This document shows positions 7,632-15,454 of a DNA stretch of 33,159 nucleotides, piece by piece. The position numbers and the translations under genes are program-made. The stretch's first letter is position 1; the number at the start of each line of letters is the position of its first letter. The stretch is taken from positions 1 through 33,159 of the IMG/VR virus record IMGVR_UViG_3300032320_000349; one strand, written 5' to 3'. Origin of the DNA: a virus (lineage: Duplodnaviria; Caudoviricetes). The notes below the pieces were generated by a model that was given only the letters and a program-made list of their open reading frames with translations, was not told the DNA's origin and ran no database searches.

Positions 7632-8611
7632 TATGCACTCAACAATTCTAACGCACGCAATTTGATTCCATCATTGCGTCCTGCGATAGTAGCAATGGAT
7701 GCATCTCGAACTGAGTGGTGGTCAGCATATTCAACTACTGCTTGCCATAATCCGAACTCAGTATTGCGTATGTTTTCTTGTGTTGGTGATTCAGTAAAGA
7801 TAGACATTGCTTTATGACGAGCATTGTTTGCTCGTGCTCTTGCATTCTTTTCACCCTTACTGAGTAGTTCAATAGGTGAGTTCTCGATGTGTGCAGGTAG
7901 TGCCCATACTCTCTTGAAGTAAGCAATAGCCTTTGCTCTATCTGCCTCACGCTGTAAGTAATGGTTAGCCATATCGCTATACATCTCAACACTTGTGTAT
8001 GTCAGGTCAAGTAAGTTTTGCATCTCACTAATTGACAACTGAGCATTGGATGTATGACGCAAGGTATATGTGTGTGCTTTATTCTTAGCCCTAAAGATAC
8101 GATTGATTTGATTACTGCACCATAGACGCTCAATGATAGGGCGTATGCTTACAGAACCAGAACCATCGTGACTTGTTTGTGCTAGCAAGAATGCTGCATG
8201 TGGGTCACCCATAATTTCCATTTCTCTTGGCAATGCCATAAGCATCCAGACTTTTGCACCGTTGTCGTACTCACCTGCTGCTGTGTACCGTGCTTCGCCT
8301 GAATCAATAAGCGTGTCAAGAGAACCAAAGACTTCCTGATTCTGAAAGACTTTGTAGTTCTTACCTACTACACCAATGACTTGGTTGTTGTTGTTATCTT
8401 TGTTGACTCGCAGTACTGCTCGTTTGTTTTCAATTGGATAGTAATCCGTTACTGTTTCGTATGGATTTACTTCGTTGCTAACATACGATTGCATCTCTGT
8501 TAATTGAACTGTCCAGTCTAAGCCCGCTTGTTGGATAACTTCGCGGGCACTGGTTGCCTCAACTGCTGTGCCTGCTTTAATCCAGGCTGATTTGTTTTTA
8601 GTTGTTGTCAT
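7631..8611 (-). CDS. DUF932 / phage-plasmid TIGR03299-like protein
   Basis: AGLDWTV, GVVG..Y..FQN, SHDGSGS, R..CSN, RHT and GLWQAVVEYADH motifs. Confidence 0.85.
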   Translation of the reverse strand: MTTTKNKSAWIKAGTAVEATSAREVIQQAGLDWTVQLTEMQSYVSNEVNPYETVTDYYPIENKRAVLRVNKDNNNNQVIGVVGKNYKVFQNQEVFGSLDTLIDSGEARYTAAGEYDNGAKVWMLMALPREMEIMGDPHAAFLLAQTSHDGSGSVSIRPIIERLWCSNQINRIFRAKNKAHTYTLRHTSNAQLSISEMQNLLDLTYTSVEMYSDMANHYLQREADRAKAIAYFKRVWALPAHIENSPIELLSKGEKNARARANNARHKAMSIFTESPTQENIRNTEFGLWQAVVEYADHHSVRDASIATIAGRNDGIKLRALELLSA

Positions 8612-8613
8612 AA

Positions 8614-9114
8614 TTAGATTCCAATCTCTGCTTTAACTTTGTCATGCAGTTCATTGCGCATGTTTTCGAATGCGCCTGCAGGCCAGCCTGCTTGATACAC
8701 ACGGTCAAGTAACTTAGCCAGTGAGTAGGACGGATTAGATTGATATGCCACACCAAGATACTTATTTGCTTCAGTGCTATCTCCGATTGAATAATAAAGA
8801 GATGAAATAATAGAAGCAATAGGTGCAGCATATTCAATAGGAGTTAGTTTGGCTACGAATGCAGCCCAACTACCTACGAATTGAATGTCTCTTTCTTTTG
8901 GCATGCCTAGTACTAGGTCACGCACTTGTACTTCATTGTTAATTGCAACAGTAACCTGTGCAATTTCTTGTGATGTAGGTTCAATGCCATCTACGAAGCG
9001 GTCAATCTGGTCGTAGATACTAAGGGCAATGGACTTGTTTTGGTCTGGGTCATTGACATCATACTCATTTTCAAAGAGTGCTATTTGTGTTAGCACATCT
9101 GCTTTGTCTGTCAT
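8614..9114 (-). CDS. DUF4192-like actinobacterial protein (C-terminal domain)
   Basis: VRDLVLG...AAPIASI..LYYSIGD..EA...L..A....PSYSLAKLL....AGWP; AAGGAGAC RBS. Confidence 0.55.
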   Translation of the reverse strand: MTDKADVLTQIALFENEYDVNDPDQNKSIALSIYDQIDRFVDGIEPTSQEIAQVTVAINNEVQVRDLVLGMPKERDIQFVGSWAAFVAKLTPIEYAAPIASIISSLYYSIGDSTEANKYLGVAYQSNPSYSLAKLLDRVYQAGWPAGAFENMRNELHDKVKAEIGI

Positions 9115-9125
9115 TGTTTGTCTCC

Positions 9126-9548
9126 TTATAGGTACTTGGCTACTGAGTTGTATGTAGAAGTAGATACTACTTCTTCATCTGTCATCTTGAGAATACGGAT
9201 AGCATTCCCAATCTCTTCCTTTTTATCACGGTACTCATGAAGGTTGATTCTTTCATAGTTTCTTTCTGGTTCTACAGGAAGATTGAATTGTTCTACTTTA
9301 ATATCGTAATCAATATTAAGTGTATTGTTCCATGAACGATAGTTAGTTCTAATGTTTTCTGCTTTGCTAAAATTAGCAATTGCATAATCTGTTATCTCTT
9401 TACGCCATTGTTCATAGGATTCATTGAATTTCTTTTCGTTTACTTCTTGTGAAGTATAGTCAAGTTCCAACTTGTTTAGTGCTTGCTCAAGTGCAGCAAT
9501 AATTTTTGCTGTTGGTATCTTGACATTGATTGGTTTACTTTTTGCCAT
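9126..9548 (-). CDS. Hypothetical early protein
   Basis: 140 aa; AAGGAG RBS preceded by a pseudoknot. Confidence 0.7.
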   Translation of the reverse strand: MAKSKPINVKIPTAKIIAALEQALNKLELDYTSQEVNEKKFNESYEQWRKEITDYAIANFSKAENIRTNYRSWNNTLNIDYDIKVEQFNLPVEPERNYERINLHEYRDKKEEIGNAIRILKMTDEEVVSTSTYNSVAKYL

Positions 9549-9572
9549 GCTTTCTCCTTTAGTTGTAGTTAA

Positions 9573-9601
9573 TGAGCAGTTTTACCTCATGCTCAGGAGG
9601 T
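9573..9601 (-). promoter_or_regulatory. Compact H-type RNA pseudoknot in a 5' UTR
   Basis: Minus strand ACCUC-C-UGAGCA-U-GAGGU-AAAAC-UGCUCA: S1 5 bp and S2 6 bp, all Watson-Crick. Confidence 0.6.
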
Positions 9602-9731
9602 TTCGCCACTTATTTATACTGGCTGTACGGTCGCCAGTTTGACATGAACTACACTGCATCTCGGTCGTAATCTTACGCTGGTTCACCATGTCACATCTAC
9701 CTAGGGGACCTACGGAACACAAGGTAGAAAC

Positions 9732-10145
9732 TTAATACCATCCATGATTGCGCCAATGTGCCCAAGCAATTGATGGTTTCTTATAGCGATGCTCGATATA
9801 CTCCAGCCCCCGCTCAATTTGACGCGGGGCTGGGGTTCCAGGTTTTGTATTAAGAACCTGTGCTATACCGTATGCACTGGAGTCGGGGTTATCTGCATAG
9901 TGATTCCATGCCGACTCCTTACCCCACAATTTCAAGAGGGCTCGGTATTCCGATGTGTTCCATTGGAATCGTTCCTCTACTAATAACTTGGCGTACGCTT
10001 TGGATAATTTCTTTGTCCACTTGGCGTCTGGGTTCTCGCACTTCACCTTGTCTGCCATTGCTAATGCATAGGCTGGACTGTTGGGTAGTAAGAGAGACCA
10101 GAAGGTTAGTGACCAACTCATAACAAGCGCGAATATTTTCTTCAT
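9732..10145 (-). CDS. Secreted lytic transglycosylase (SLT/lysozyme-like)
   Basis: Signal-peptide-like N-terminus; LWGKESAWN..A.NP.SSAYGIAQ...QIERGLEYIEHRY...GWY. Confidence 0.85.
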   Translation of the reverse strand: MKKIFALVMSWSLTFWSLLLPNSPAYALAMADKVKCENPDAKWTKKLSKAYAKLLVEERFQWNTSEYRALLKLWGKESAWNHYADNPDSSAYGIAQVLNTKPGTPAPRQIERGLEYIEHRYKKPSIAWAHWRNHGWY

Positions 10146-10243
10146 TTAAAGACTCCTCTGTAGACGAGATAGAAAATACAAACGAAGAGAGTCCAGGTCT
10201 GTATTGGTGTGAGATACGGCTCGATGTTGCCATTAATCTTCAT
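10142..10243 (-). CDS. 33-aa membrane peptide
   Basis: MKINGNIEPYLTPIQTWTLFVCIFYLVYRGVFK*; ATGA-coupled to the SLT. Absent from the ORF track. Confidence 0.55.
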   Translation of the reverse strand: MKINGNIEPYLTPIQTWTLFVCIFYLVYRGVFK

Positions 10244-10373
10244 CACCCCACATCCTATCTGGTTCTCCTGAATCATCACTGCATTCTTCGCAGTTGCCTC
10301 TATCTATTCCGTGTTCGCAATCATCTGATTCTATATCCATTGCTACATCATCATCAACTCGTGGTTCACTCAT
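10233..10373 (-). CDS. 46-aa highly acidic protein
   Basis: MSEPRVDDDVAMDIESDDCEHGIDRGNCEECSDDSGEPDRMWGDED*; ATGA overlap with the upstream gene. Confidence 0.6.
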   Translation of the reverse strand: MSEPRVDDDVAMDIESDDCEHGIDRGNCEECSDDSGEPDRMWGDED

Positions 10374-10486
10374 ACTTCTATCTCCTTTGTATCTGGATTC
10401 CAGTAGCCATACTTGGCTCCCATTCCACAGTCACATACATATACACCAGGTATATCTGTGCACTCCCACTTATGTCCGTGTGTCAT
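10370..10486 (-). CDS. 38-aa His/Cys protein
   Basis: MTHGHKWECTDIPGVYVCDCG...EIEV*; AGGAG RBS and ATGA overlaps. Confidence 0.55.
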   Translation of the reverse strand: MTHGHKWECTDIPGVYVCDCGMGAKYGYWNPDTKEIEV

Positions 10487-10614
10487 ACTGTTGCTCCTAT
10501 CTTTGCCCATGCACATGCAGCACAATAGTTTCTTGGGGCAAGGTCTGTTACCTTGACCATAATTTCTGTTTCGCAAGCATGACAGTATCTTAATTCATAT
10601 TTTATTTCAGCCAT
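10483..10614 (-). CDS. 43-aa Zn-ribbon protein
   Basis: MAEIKYELRYCHAC...NYCAACAWAKIGATV*; GGAGG RBS. Confidence 0.6.
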   Translation of the reverse strand: MAEIKYELRYCHACETEIMVKVTDLAPRNYCAACAWAKIGATV

Positions 10615-10835
10615 GTTTCCTCCCGCATTCGGTCGTAGTCTGAGTCTGAATCCATGTATCTATCCCAGCACTCTGGATGGGTGCCACTAATTATTTGCTC
10701 TCGCAGTTCTGTTGTCAAGGATTTGAAGGCATCTTGTGCCAAGCCTCCGCGTAGATATGCATATAGTTCTTGTTCATCTACCCCTACAACACCGTTCTGT
10801 CCACACCATACACACTTTTTAGTTGCGTATATCAC
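10602..10835 (-). CDS. Small Zn-binding phage protein
   Basis: CVWCG...QDAF..L....REQIISGTHPECW motif. Confidence 0.7.
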   Translation of the reverse strand: MIYATKKCVWCGQNGVVGVDEQELYAYLRGGLAQDAFKSLTTELREQIISGTHPECWDRYMDSDSDYDRMREETWLK

Positions 10836-10983
10836 GGGCTATCCTTTCCATATTCAACTTGCGTCTTAGGTTTATATTGTCTCTATGTAGTTCAGCGTTC
10901 TGGCGCACTGCTAGTACTATGACTGTGATGCTGGTGCTCATAGCAATTATGATTGCTAGAATATCTAGTGTTCCTATATACAT
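10819..10983 (-). CDS. 54-aa single-TM plus coiled-coil protein
   Basis: MYIGTLDILAIIIAMSTSITVIVLAVRQNAELHRDNINLRRKL...RN*; GAAAGG RBS. Confidence 0.6.
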   Translation of the reverse strand: MYIGTLDILAIIIAMSTSITVIVLAVRQNAELHRDNINLRRKLNMERIARDIRN

Positions 10984-11123
10984 TGGTCTACCTTTCTGGT
11001 CTGTTCTTCAAAGTAAATTGCAAAACAATCTGAGCATAGTTCAACTGGCATTTGAAAGTAATTACTCAACGCTATTTCTCTTTGGCGCAATTGTGTATAG
11101 CATTTATTACATCTTGCTTTCAT
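10974..11123 (-). CDS. 49-aa Zn-ribbon protein
   Basis: MKARCNKC...LCSDCF...QCI*; AGGAGAC RBS. Confidence 0.6.
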   Translation of the reverse strand: MKARCNKCYTQLRQREIALSNYFQMPVELCSDCFAIYFEEQTRKVDQCI

Positions 11124-11187
11124 TAGTGTTGGTCTCCTAACTATGGTTCGAGTCGTAGTTCTCTGTCCTTGTACGGTTGGGCTTGTG

Positions 11188-11229
11188 AAAAAAAGTAAGG
11201 CAGGTGAGAGCCGAAGCCCCCACCTGCCT
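11188..11229 (-). terminator. Intrinsic terminator with cUUCGg tetraloop
   Basis: Minus strand AGGCAGGUGGGGGC-UUCG-GCUCUCACCUGCCU, then UAC and U7. Confidence 0.85.
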
Positions 11230-11234
11230 ATCTT

Positions 11235-11600
11235 TTATGCTTCTACTGGTTTATCTGTGTGAAGTTTTTTGATAACTATTTGATTCCAAGGTGCTCTGCG
11301 TTGAGAGTTATCCACACCCTGGCGAGTATCAAAGCGTGTATTACCTTCAGCAATCACCTTGATTACTTTGGTAATACCTGTTTCATCTGTAGGTAGTTCG
11401 AGCAACATCTGCTTTACATCATCATCGAATGCTACGAACGGCGTAGTCCAGACACATTTGCCATCTGAATTGCGACGAGAGAGATTACCTTTGATGAAGT
11501 TTTGTCCATCACGAGTTGTTGAACTTACTACCTTGATGTTCTTAAGTGTACCTTTGACAACCACTAGGTTATCAACTTCATTGATGTTTACTGTATCCAT
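11235..11600 (-). CDS. OB-fold / SSB-like protein
   Basis: Start MDTVNINE with AAGGAGAC. Beta-rich pattern N.VVVKGTL...PFVAF...IKVIAEG...QIVI. Confidence 0.5.
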   Translation of the reverse strand: MDTVNINEVDNLVVVKGTLKNIKVVSSTTRDGQNFIKGNLSRRNSDGKCVWTTPFVAFDDDVKQMLLELPTDETGITKVIKVIAEGNTRFDTRQGVDNSQRRAPWNQIVIKKLHTDKPVEA

Positions 11601-11665
11601 TACTGTCTCCTTTATATAGTTTAGTTTACTTTCAGCAACCCGTTGGGCACAGGTGCCCACGGGTA

Positions 11666-12118
11666 TTATGCGCAATTTGGACAAACTACTGCTTTGTTTT
11701 TAAGCAGGTAGCATTCAGTACATACTTCGTAGAATGAACTGAACTCCAAGTCCTCGTCCTCCACTGTAAGGTCGAAGATGTGTTTGCCAAGGAACCAGGA
11801 TTGAGTGAACCTATCTGCTAGGGAATTGGCAGATGGTTTGAACTCCTCTCTGAGTTCCCTGATTGAACCGTCCATTTGGATGGCTGGTCGGGGCAGGTAA
11901 GTTACTGAACTTACCCAATCGTGACCAGATGGTTCAGGCTCAACCTTGAGGAGAGGTTGATATAACTTGCGATACCTGTAGTCATCGTTGCGGTCATCAA
12001 CCATTTGATGCGCAATATCTGAAGCCCTTGCTTCTGCCAAGTCTTGGCATTCGGAGCAAAGGCTATCTGATAACATACAGTCATAGCATTGGGAAGTGAC
12101 GGAGATGCTGTCGGACAT
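11666..12118 (-). CDS. First early gene, Cys-cluster protein
   Basis: CxxC-x6-CxxC at the N-terminus and CxxC-x9-CxxC at the C-terminus; GAAAGG RBS. Confidence 0.65.
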   Translation of the reverse strand: MSDSISVTSQCYDCMLSDSLCSECQDLAEARASDIAHQMVDDRNDDYRYRKLYQPLLKVEPEPSGHDWVSSVTYLPRPAIQMDGSIRELREEFKPSANSLADRFTQSWFLGKHIFDLTVEDEDLEFSSFYEVCTECYLLKNKAVVCPNCA

Positions 12119-12119
12119 A

Positions 12120-12643
12120 GTTACCTTTCTGTAGCCAGTATCTCTGACTACACTTCCTACAAGGTCACGCTTGTCCAGTCCAGCACCAGCAATGGCAATC
12201 TATCAGCCAGCCAACTGGACTTGACTAGCGTGATAGGTTTTTGTATTTAACTGGGGCGCGAAACTGTTTATTTATAATGAGCGCCGAGACTGCTAACAGT
12301 AACAGGCGCTACTAAACAGTACAGAAGCAGCGCCAGCAAACAGTATTGGGGTCTAAATGACCCCAGACTGTTTAATCTGTACTCGTATACAGTAGTGTAT
12401 CTACCAGAAAAATATTCCCGTACAAAGAACAGCCTATGCCCCAGTACTGTTCTGACCTGCACTTTTAGCATAGGCAAAAAATTTTTGCCAGAAAAGTGTC
12501 CGTTTTGGCTGTTTGGACAGGTTAATACTATATAGGGACTATTTATTATTCTGATAGAAGCAAGTTCTTCAGGAACTTGCGTTACAGACTGTATCTACTG
12601 TCTGTTTCTAACTGACTGTAACTATTGAAAACGGGACACTTAT
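12120..12643. promoter_or_regulatory. Divergent control region (probable promoters, origin or packaging/terminus site)
   Basis: Strand switch with no credible ORF; several inverted repeats and AACAGTA repeats. Confidence 0.55.
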
Positions 12644-14533
12644 ATGACTTTTCAAAAGGGGTCCACAAACCCTAGAACTGCCAAGATGGCTGAGGCAAAG
12701 GCTAAGGTAATAGCCCTTGTTGCCGAAGGGCACAGTGTCCATAAGGCTATGGAACTCAATGGCAATAAGCCAGATACCGTCCGTATCTGGATGCTACGGG
12801 ATAAGAAATTTGCGGCGGACCTCGCAGAGGCGAAAGAAGAAGCAAAGAGCAATTCCATCAAAGCCCTTGGCATAGCCAAGGAGGATATCTCCTTTGCTCA
12901 GTTCTCAGAAATCTTTATGGGGCAAAAAGCCTTCCCGCACCACCTCGACTGGATTGACCTGATTGAGGGTAGGGAGCCTTCTTGGCTCCACCCATCCATG
13001 ATTTATGACAAGAACGACCCAAGCCGTTTCTTAATTAACGTACCCCCTGAGCACGCTAAATCCACGGTCATCACCGTGAACTACCCGACTTATCGCATCG
13101 CTCTCAATCCTAACGTCCGCATCATTGTGGTCAGTAAGACGTTGCTCAAAGCACGCGAGTTCGTGTACGCAATCAAGCAAAGGCTCTCCCACCCGCGCTG
13201 GCTAAAGATGCAAACTGCATTTGGTCCAGAAGGGGGTTGGAAACAAGACGCAGATACTTGGCGAGTTGACACCGTTTACCTTGGGAGTGATGCGAGAAAC
13301 TCTAGCGAAAAAGACCCAACCATTCAGGCACTAGGTATGGGCGGTCAGATTTACGGTGCACGTGCTGACCTGATTATCTTGGACGACTGCATTACTACTG
13401 CTAACGCCCATGAGTATGAGAAGCAGATTGACTGGCTTCAAAAAGAAGTAATTACCCGTCTGGGTAAAAACGGCAAGTTGATGATTGTGGGGACTCGAAT
13501 TGCAGCCGTTGATTTCTACCGCGAACTTCGTGAGCCGAAGTATTGGTCGTCTGGTAAGAGCCCTTTCACTTATATGGGTATGCCTGCCGTACTTGAATAC
13601 GCGGACAAACCAGAGAACTGGAAAACTCTCTGGGAGAAAAGCGATGTTCCTTGGGATGGCGATGACGATACTCCTGATGAGGACGGTCTATATCCGAAGT
13701 GGGATGGCAAGGCGCTCCACAGGCGCAGAGGTGAAGTAACCCCATCTACATGGGCTTTGGTCTATCAACAGGAGGATGTCGAAGAAGATTCCATCTTCCC
13801 TCCCGTCTTGGTGCAAGCAAGCACTGAACGTAGACGTAAGCGTGGACCATTGCGCCAAGGCGCGGTGGGACATCCGACTCAGGTAGAAGGCTACACAATT
13901 ATTGGGTTTGACCCCGCGATGGGTGCAGGACATGCAGCCTTTGTTCCGATTACCTATAACAGGGCTGACGGAAAAATTTACGTTTTAGACTGCATCAATA
14001 TGAGCGAACCTACTCCTCAAAAGATTCGTGCAATGATTGAGGAACTTGTAGAAAAGTACCGTCCTCAAGAACTGCGTGTGGAGATTAACGCTCACCAGAA
14101 GGCGTACTCTCTGGATGAGGATTTACGACAATGGCTTGGAGCATACGGCGTTCGCCTTGAGGCTCACCACACAAACAAGAACAAGTGGGACACTTCCTTT
14201 GGTGTGGCATCTATGTCAACACTATTCGGAACTATGTACAACGAGAAGTTCCAAGAGAACAACCAAATAGAACTCCCATCTGCGGATGGGTCTGAGGGAC
14301 TTAAAGCCCTTACTCAGCAATTGATTACTTGGAAGCCAGACACCAGAGGTAAGACCGACTGCGTGATGGCACTCTGGTTTGCCGTGCTGAGAGCACGTGA
14401 GTTCATGCAGCAGACAAGTTTCATGAACCACTACACCAACAACCGTTGGTCAACAAGAGCACAAAGAGAAAAACGAGTAATCATTAATTTAGATGAAGCC
14501 TTTGCTGAGCAATGGGCTGAGAACTACGGATAA
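12644..14533 (+). CDS. terL: Terminase large subunit with N-terminal HTH extension
   Basis: Walker A-like NVPPEHAKST, GARADLIILDD, VGTR, YQQ, nuclease IGFDPA and C-terminal DCVMALW. Confidence 0.93.
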   Translation: MTFQKGSTNPRTAKMAEAKAKVIALVAEGHSVHKAMELNGNKPDTVRIWMLRDKKFAADLAEAKEEAKSNSIKALGIAKEDISFAQFSEIFMGQKAFPHHLDWIDLIEGREPSWLHPSMIYDKNDPSRFLINVPPEHAKSTVITVNYPTYRIALNPNVRIIVVSKTLLKAREFVYAIKQRLSHPRWLKMQTAFGPEGGWKQDADTWRVDTVYLGSDARNSSEKDPTIQALGMGGQIYGARADLIILDDCITTANAHEYEKQIDWLQKEVITRLGKNGKLMIVGTRIAAVDFYRELREPKYWSSGKSPFTYMGMPAVLEYADKPENWKTLWEKSDVPWDGDDDTPDEDGLYPKWDGKALHRRRGEVTPSTWALVYQQEDVEEDSIFPPVLVQASTERRRKRGPLRQGAVGHPTQVEGYTIIGFDPAMGAGHAAFVPITYNRADGKIYVLDCINMSEPTPQKIRAMIEELVEKYRPQELRVEINAHQKAYSLDEDLRQWLGAYGVRLEAHHTNKNKWDTSFGVASMSTLFGTMYNEKFQENNQIELPSADGSEGLKALTQQLITWKPDTRGKTDCVMALWFAVLRAREFMQQTSFMNHYTNNRWSTRAQREKRVIINLDEAFAEQWAENYG

Positions 14534-14542
14534 GGAATTAAC

Positions 14543-14905
14543 ATGGCTAATCCAGTTAAGGTAATCAAGGGCGCTGTTAAGGCTGCTGAAAAAATGAAGA
14601 AGAAGCCAAATAAAATTATTGGCAAAGTTACTAAGCATTACCGTGAAGGTGGACGTGCCATTGGTGGACCTGACGTAAAAGTCGGTGGGAAAAAAGTATC
14701 TGTCACTGAATACATGACAGGAAACAAGGTTAAAGGAAAAGCCCGTAAGGTTATTGACAACGCTCAACGCGTTGAGACCGAGGCTTTGGGAGTATCCCGT
14801 AGAAAGTCCCTACCTAAGTACTCACCAAAAGAATTTAGAATTATAAAATCACGTACAGCAAAACCATCTACTCCTAAAGTCCCAGCCAAGAAGAAGGGTA
14901 AGTAA
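14543..14905 (+). CDS. Lys-rich basic protein A
   Basis: MANPVKVIKG...KKKGK*; about 35 of 120 residues are K/R. Confidence 0.75.
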   Translation: MANPVKVIKGAVKAAEKMKKKPNKIIGKVTKHYREGGRAIGGPDVKVGGKKVSVTEYMTGNKVKGKARKVIDNAQRVETEALGVSRRKSLPKYSPKEFRIIKSRTAKPSTPKVPAKKKGK

Positions 14906-15454
14906 ATGCCTAACGTAGTTAAAATTGGTGGCGGAGTACTAGGCGCCCTAAAGAAGCAGATTAAAGATGCTAAGCCACTTTCAAAGGCTGAAGCAAAAGC
15001 GAACAAGCGTGGACTTAAGGCTGCTAACAAGCCAGTGTCAAAGAACAATCGCAATGTTGGTGGACCAACTTTAAAAGGTATTATAAAGAATGCAAAGCCT
15101 GCTCGTCCTAACCGTGAGCGTGGTGGAAGTCTGAGCACTTTGCGTAAGCAAGGAAAGACAACAGCAACTGCTCCAGCAGTAAAGTCATCACCTAAAAGTG
15201 GACTAGAAAATCGCGGAGCAAAACCAACTTCTAGAGAACGCATCAATCGTGCCCGTGATTTACAGTGGGACAAAATGGAAAAAAATTACGATGCATCTTT
15301 ACCAGCGGTTGGTTTACGTGGTGGACCAGCAGCGAAAGCCCAAGGTCCTAAAGGAAAAAATGCTCGTGCTCGTGCAGCAATTGAAAAAGAAGCAAGCAAG
15401 AAAATGCCAATTAAAATTAACTCTCAGCGGAATCTTAAGAAGAAGGGTAAGTAA
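14906..15454 (+). CDS. Lys-rich basic protein B
   Basis: MPNVVKIGGG...KKKGK*; abuts its neighbours. Confidence 0.75.
   Translation: MPNVVKIGGGVLGALKKQIKDAKPLSKAEAKANKRGLKAANKPVSKNNRNVGGPTLKGIIKNAKPARPNRERGGSLSTLRKQGKTTATAPAVKSSPKSGLENRGAKPTSRERINRARDLQWDKMEKNYDASLPAVGLRGGPAAKAQGPKGKNARARAAIEKEASKKMPIKINSQRNLKKKGK

Noticed and set aside
9919-10233. 104-aa minus-strand ORF from the track
   Set aside because: Out-of-frame shadow of the SLT gene; the coupled 33-aa TM ORF explains the interval better.
10823-11140. 105-aa hydrophobic plus-strand ORF
   Set aside because: Antisense to two minus-strand ORFs with clear RBSs in a uniformly leftward arm.
11139-11160. GGTTCGAGTC resembling a tRNA T-loop
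   Set aside because: The T-stem register does not fit, and no D-arm, anticodon arm or acceptor stem can be built.
12268-12477. 69-aa minus-strand ORF in the divergent region
   Set aside because: No RBS, atypical composition, and it overlaps repeats and palindromes.
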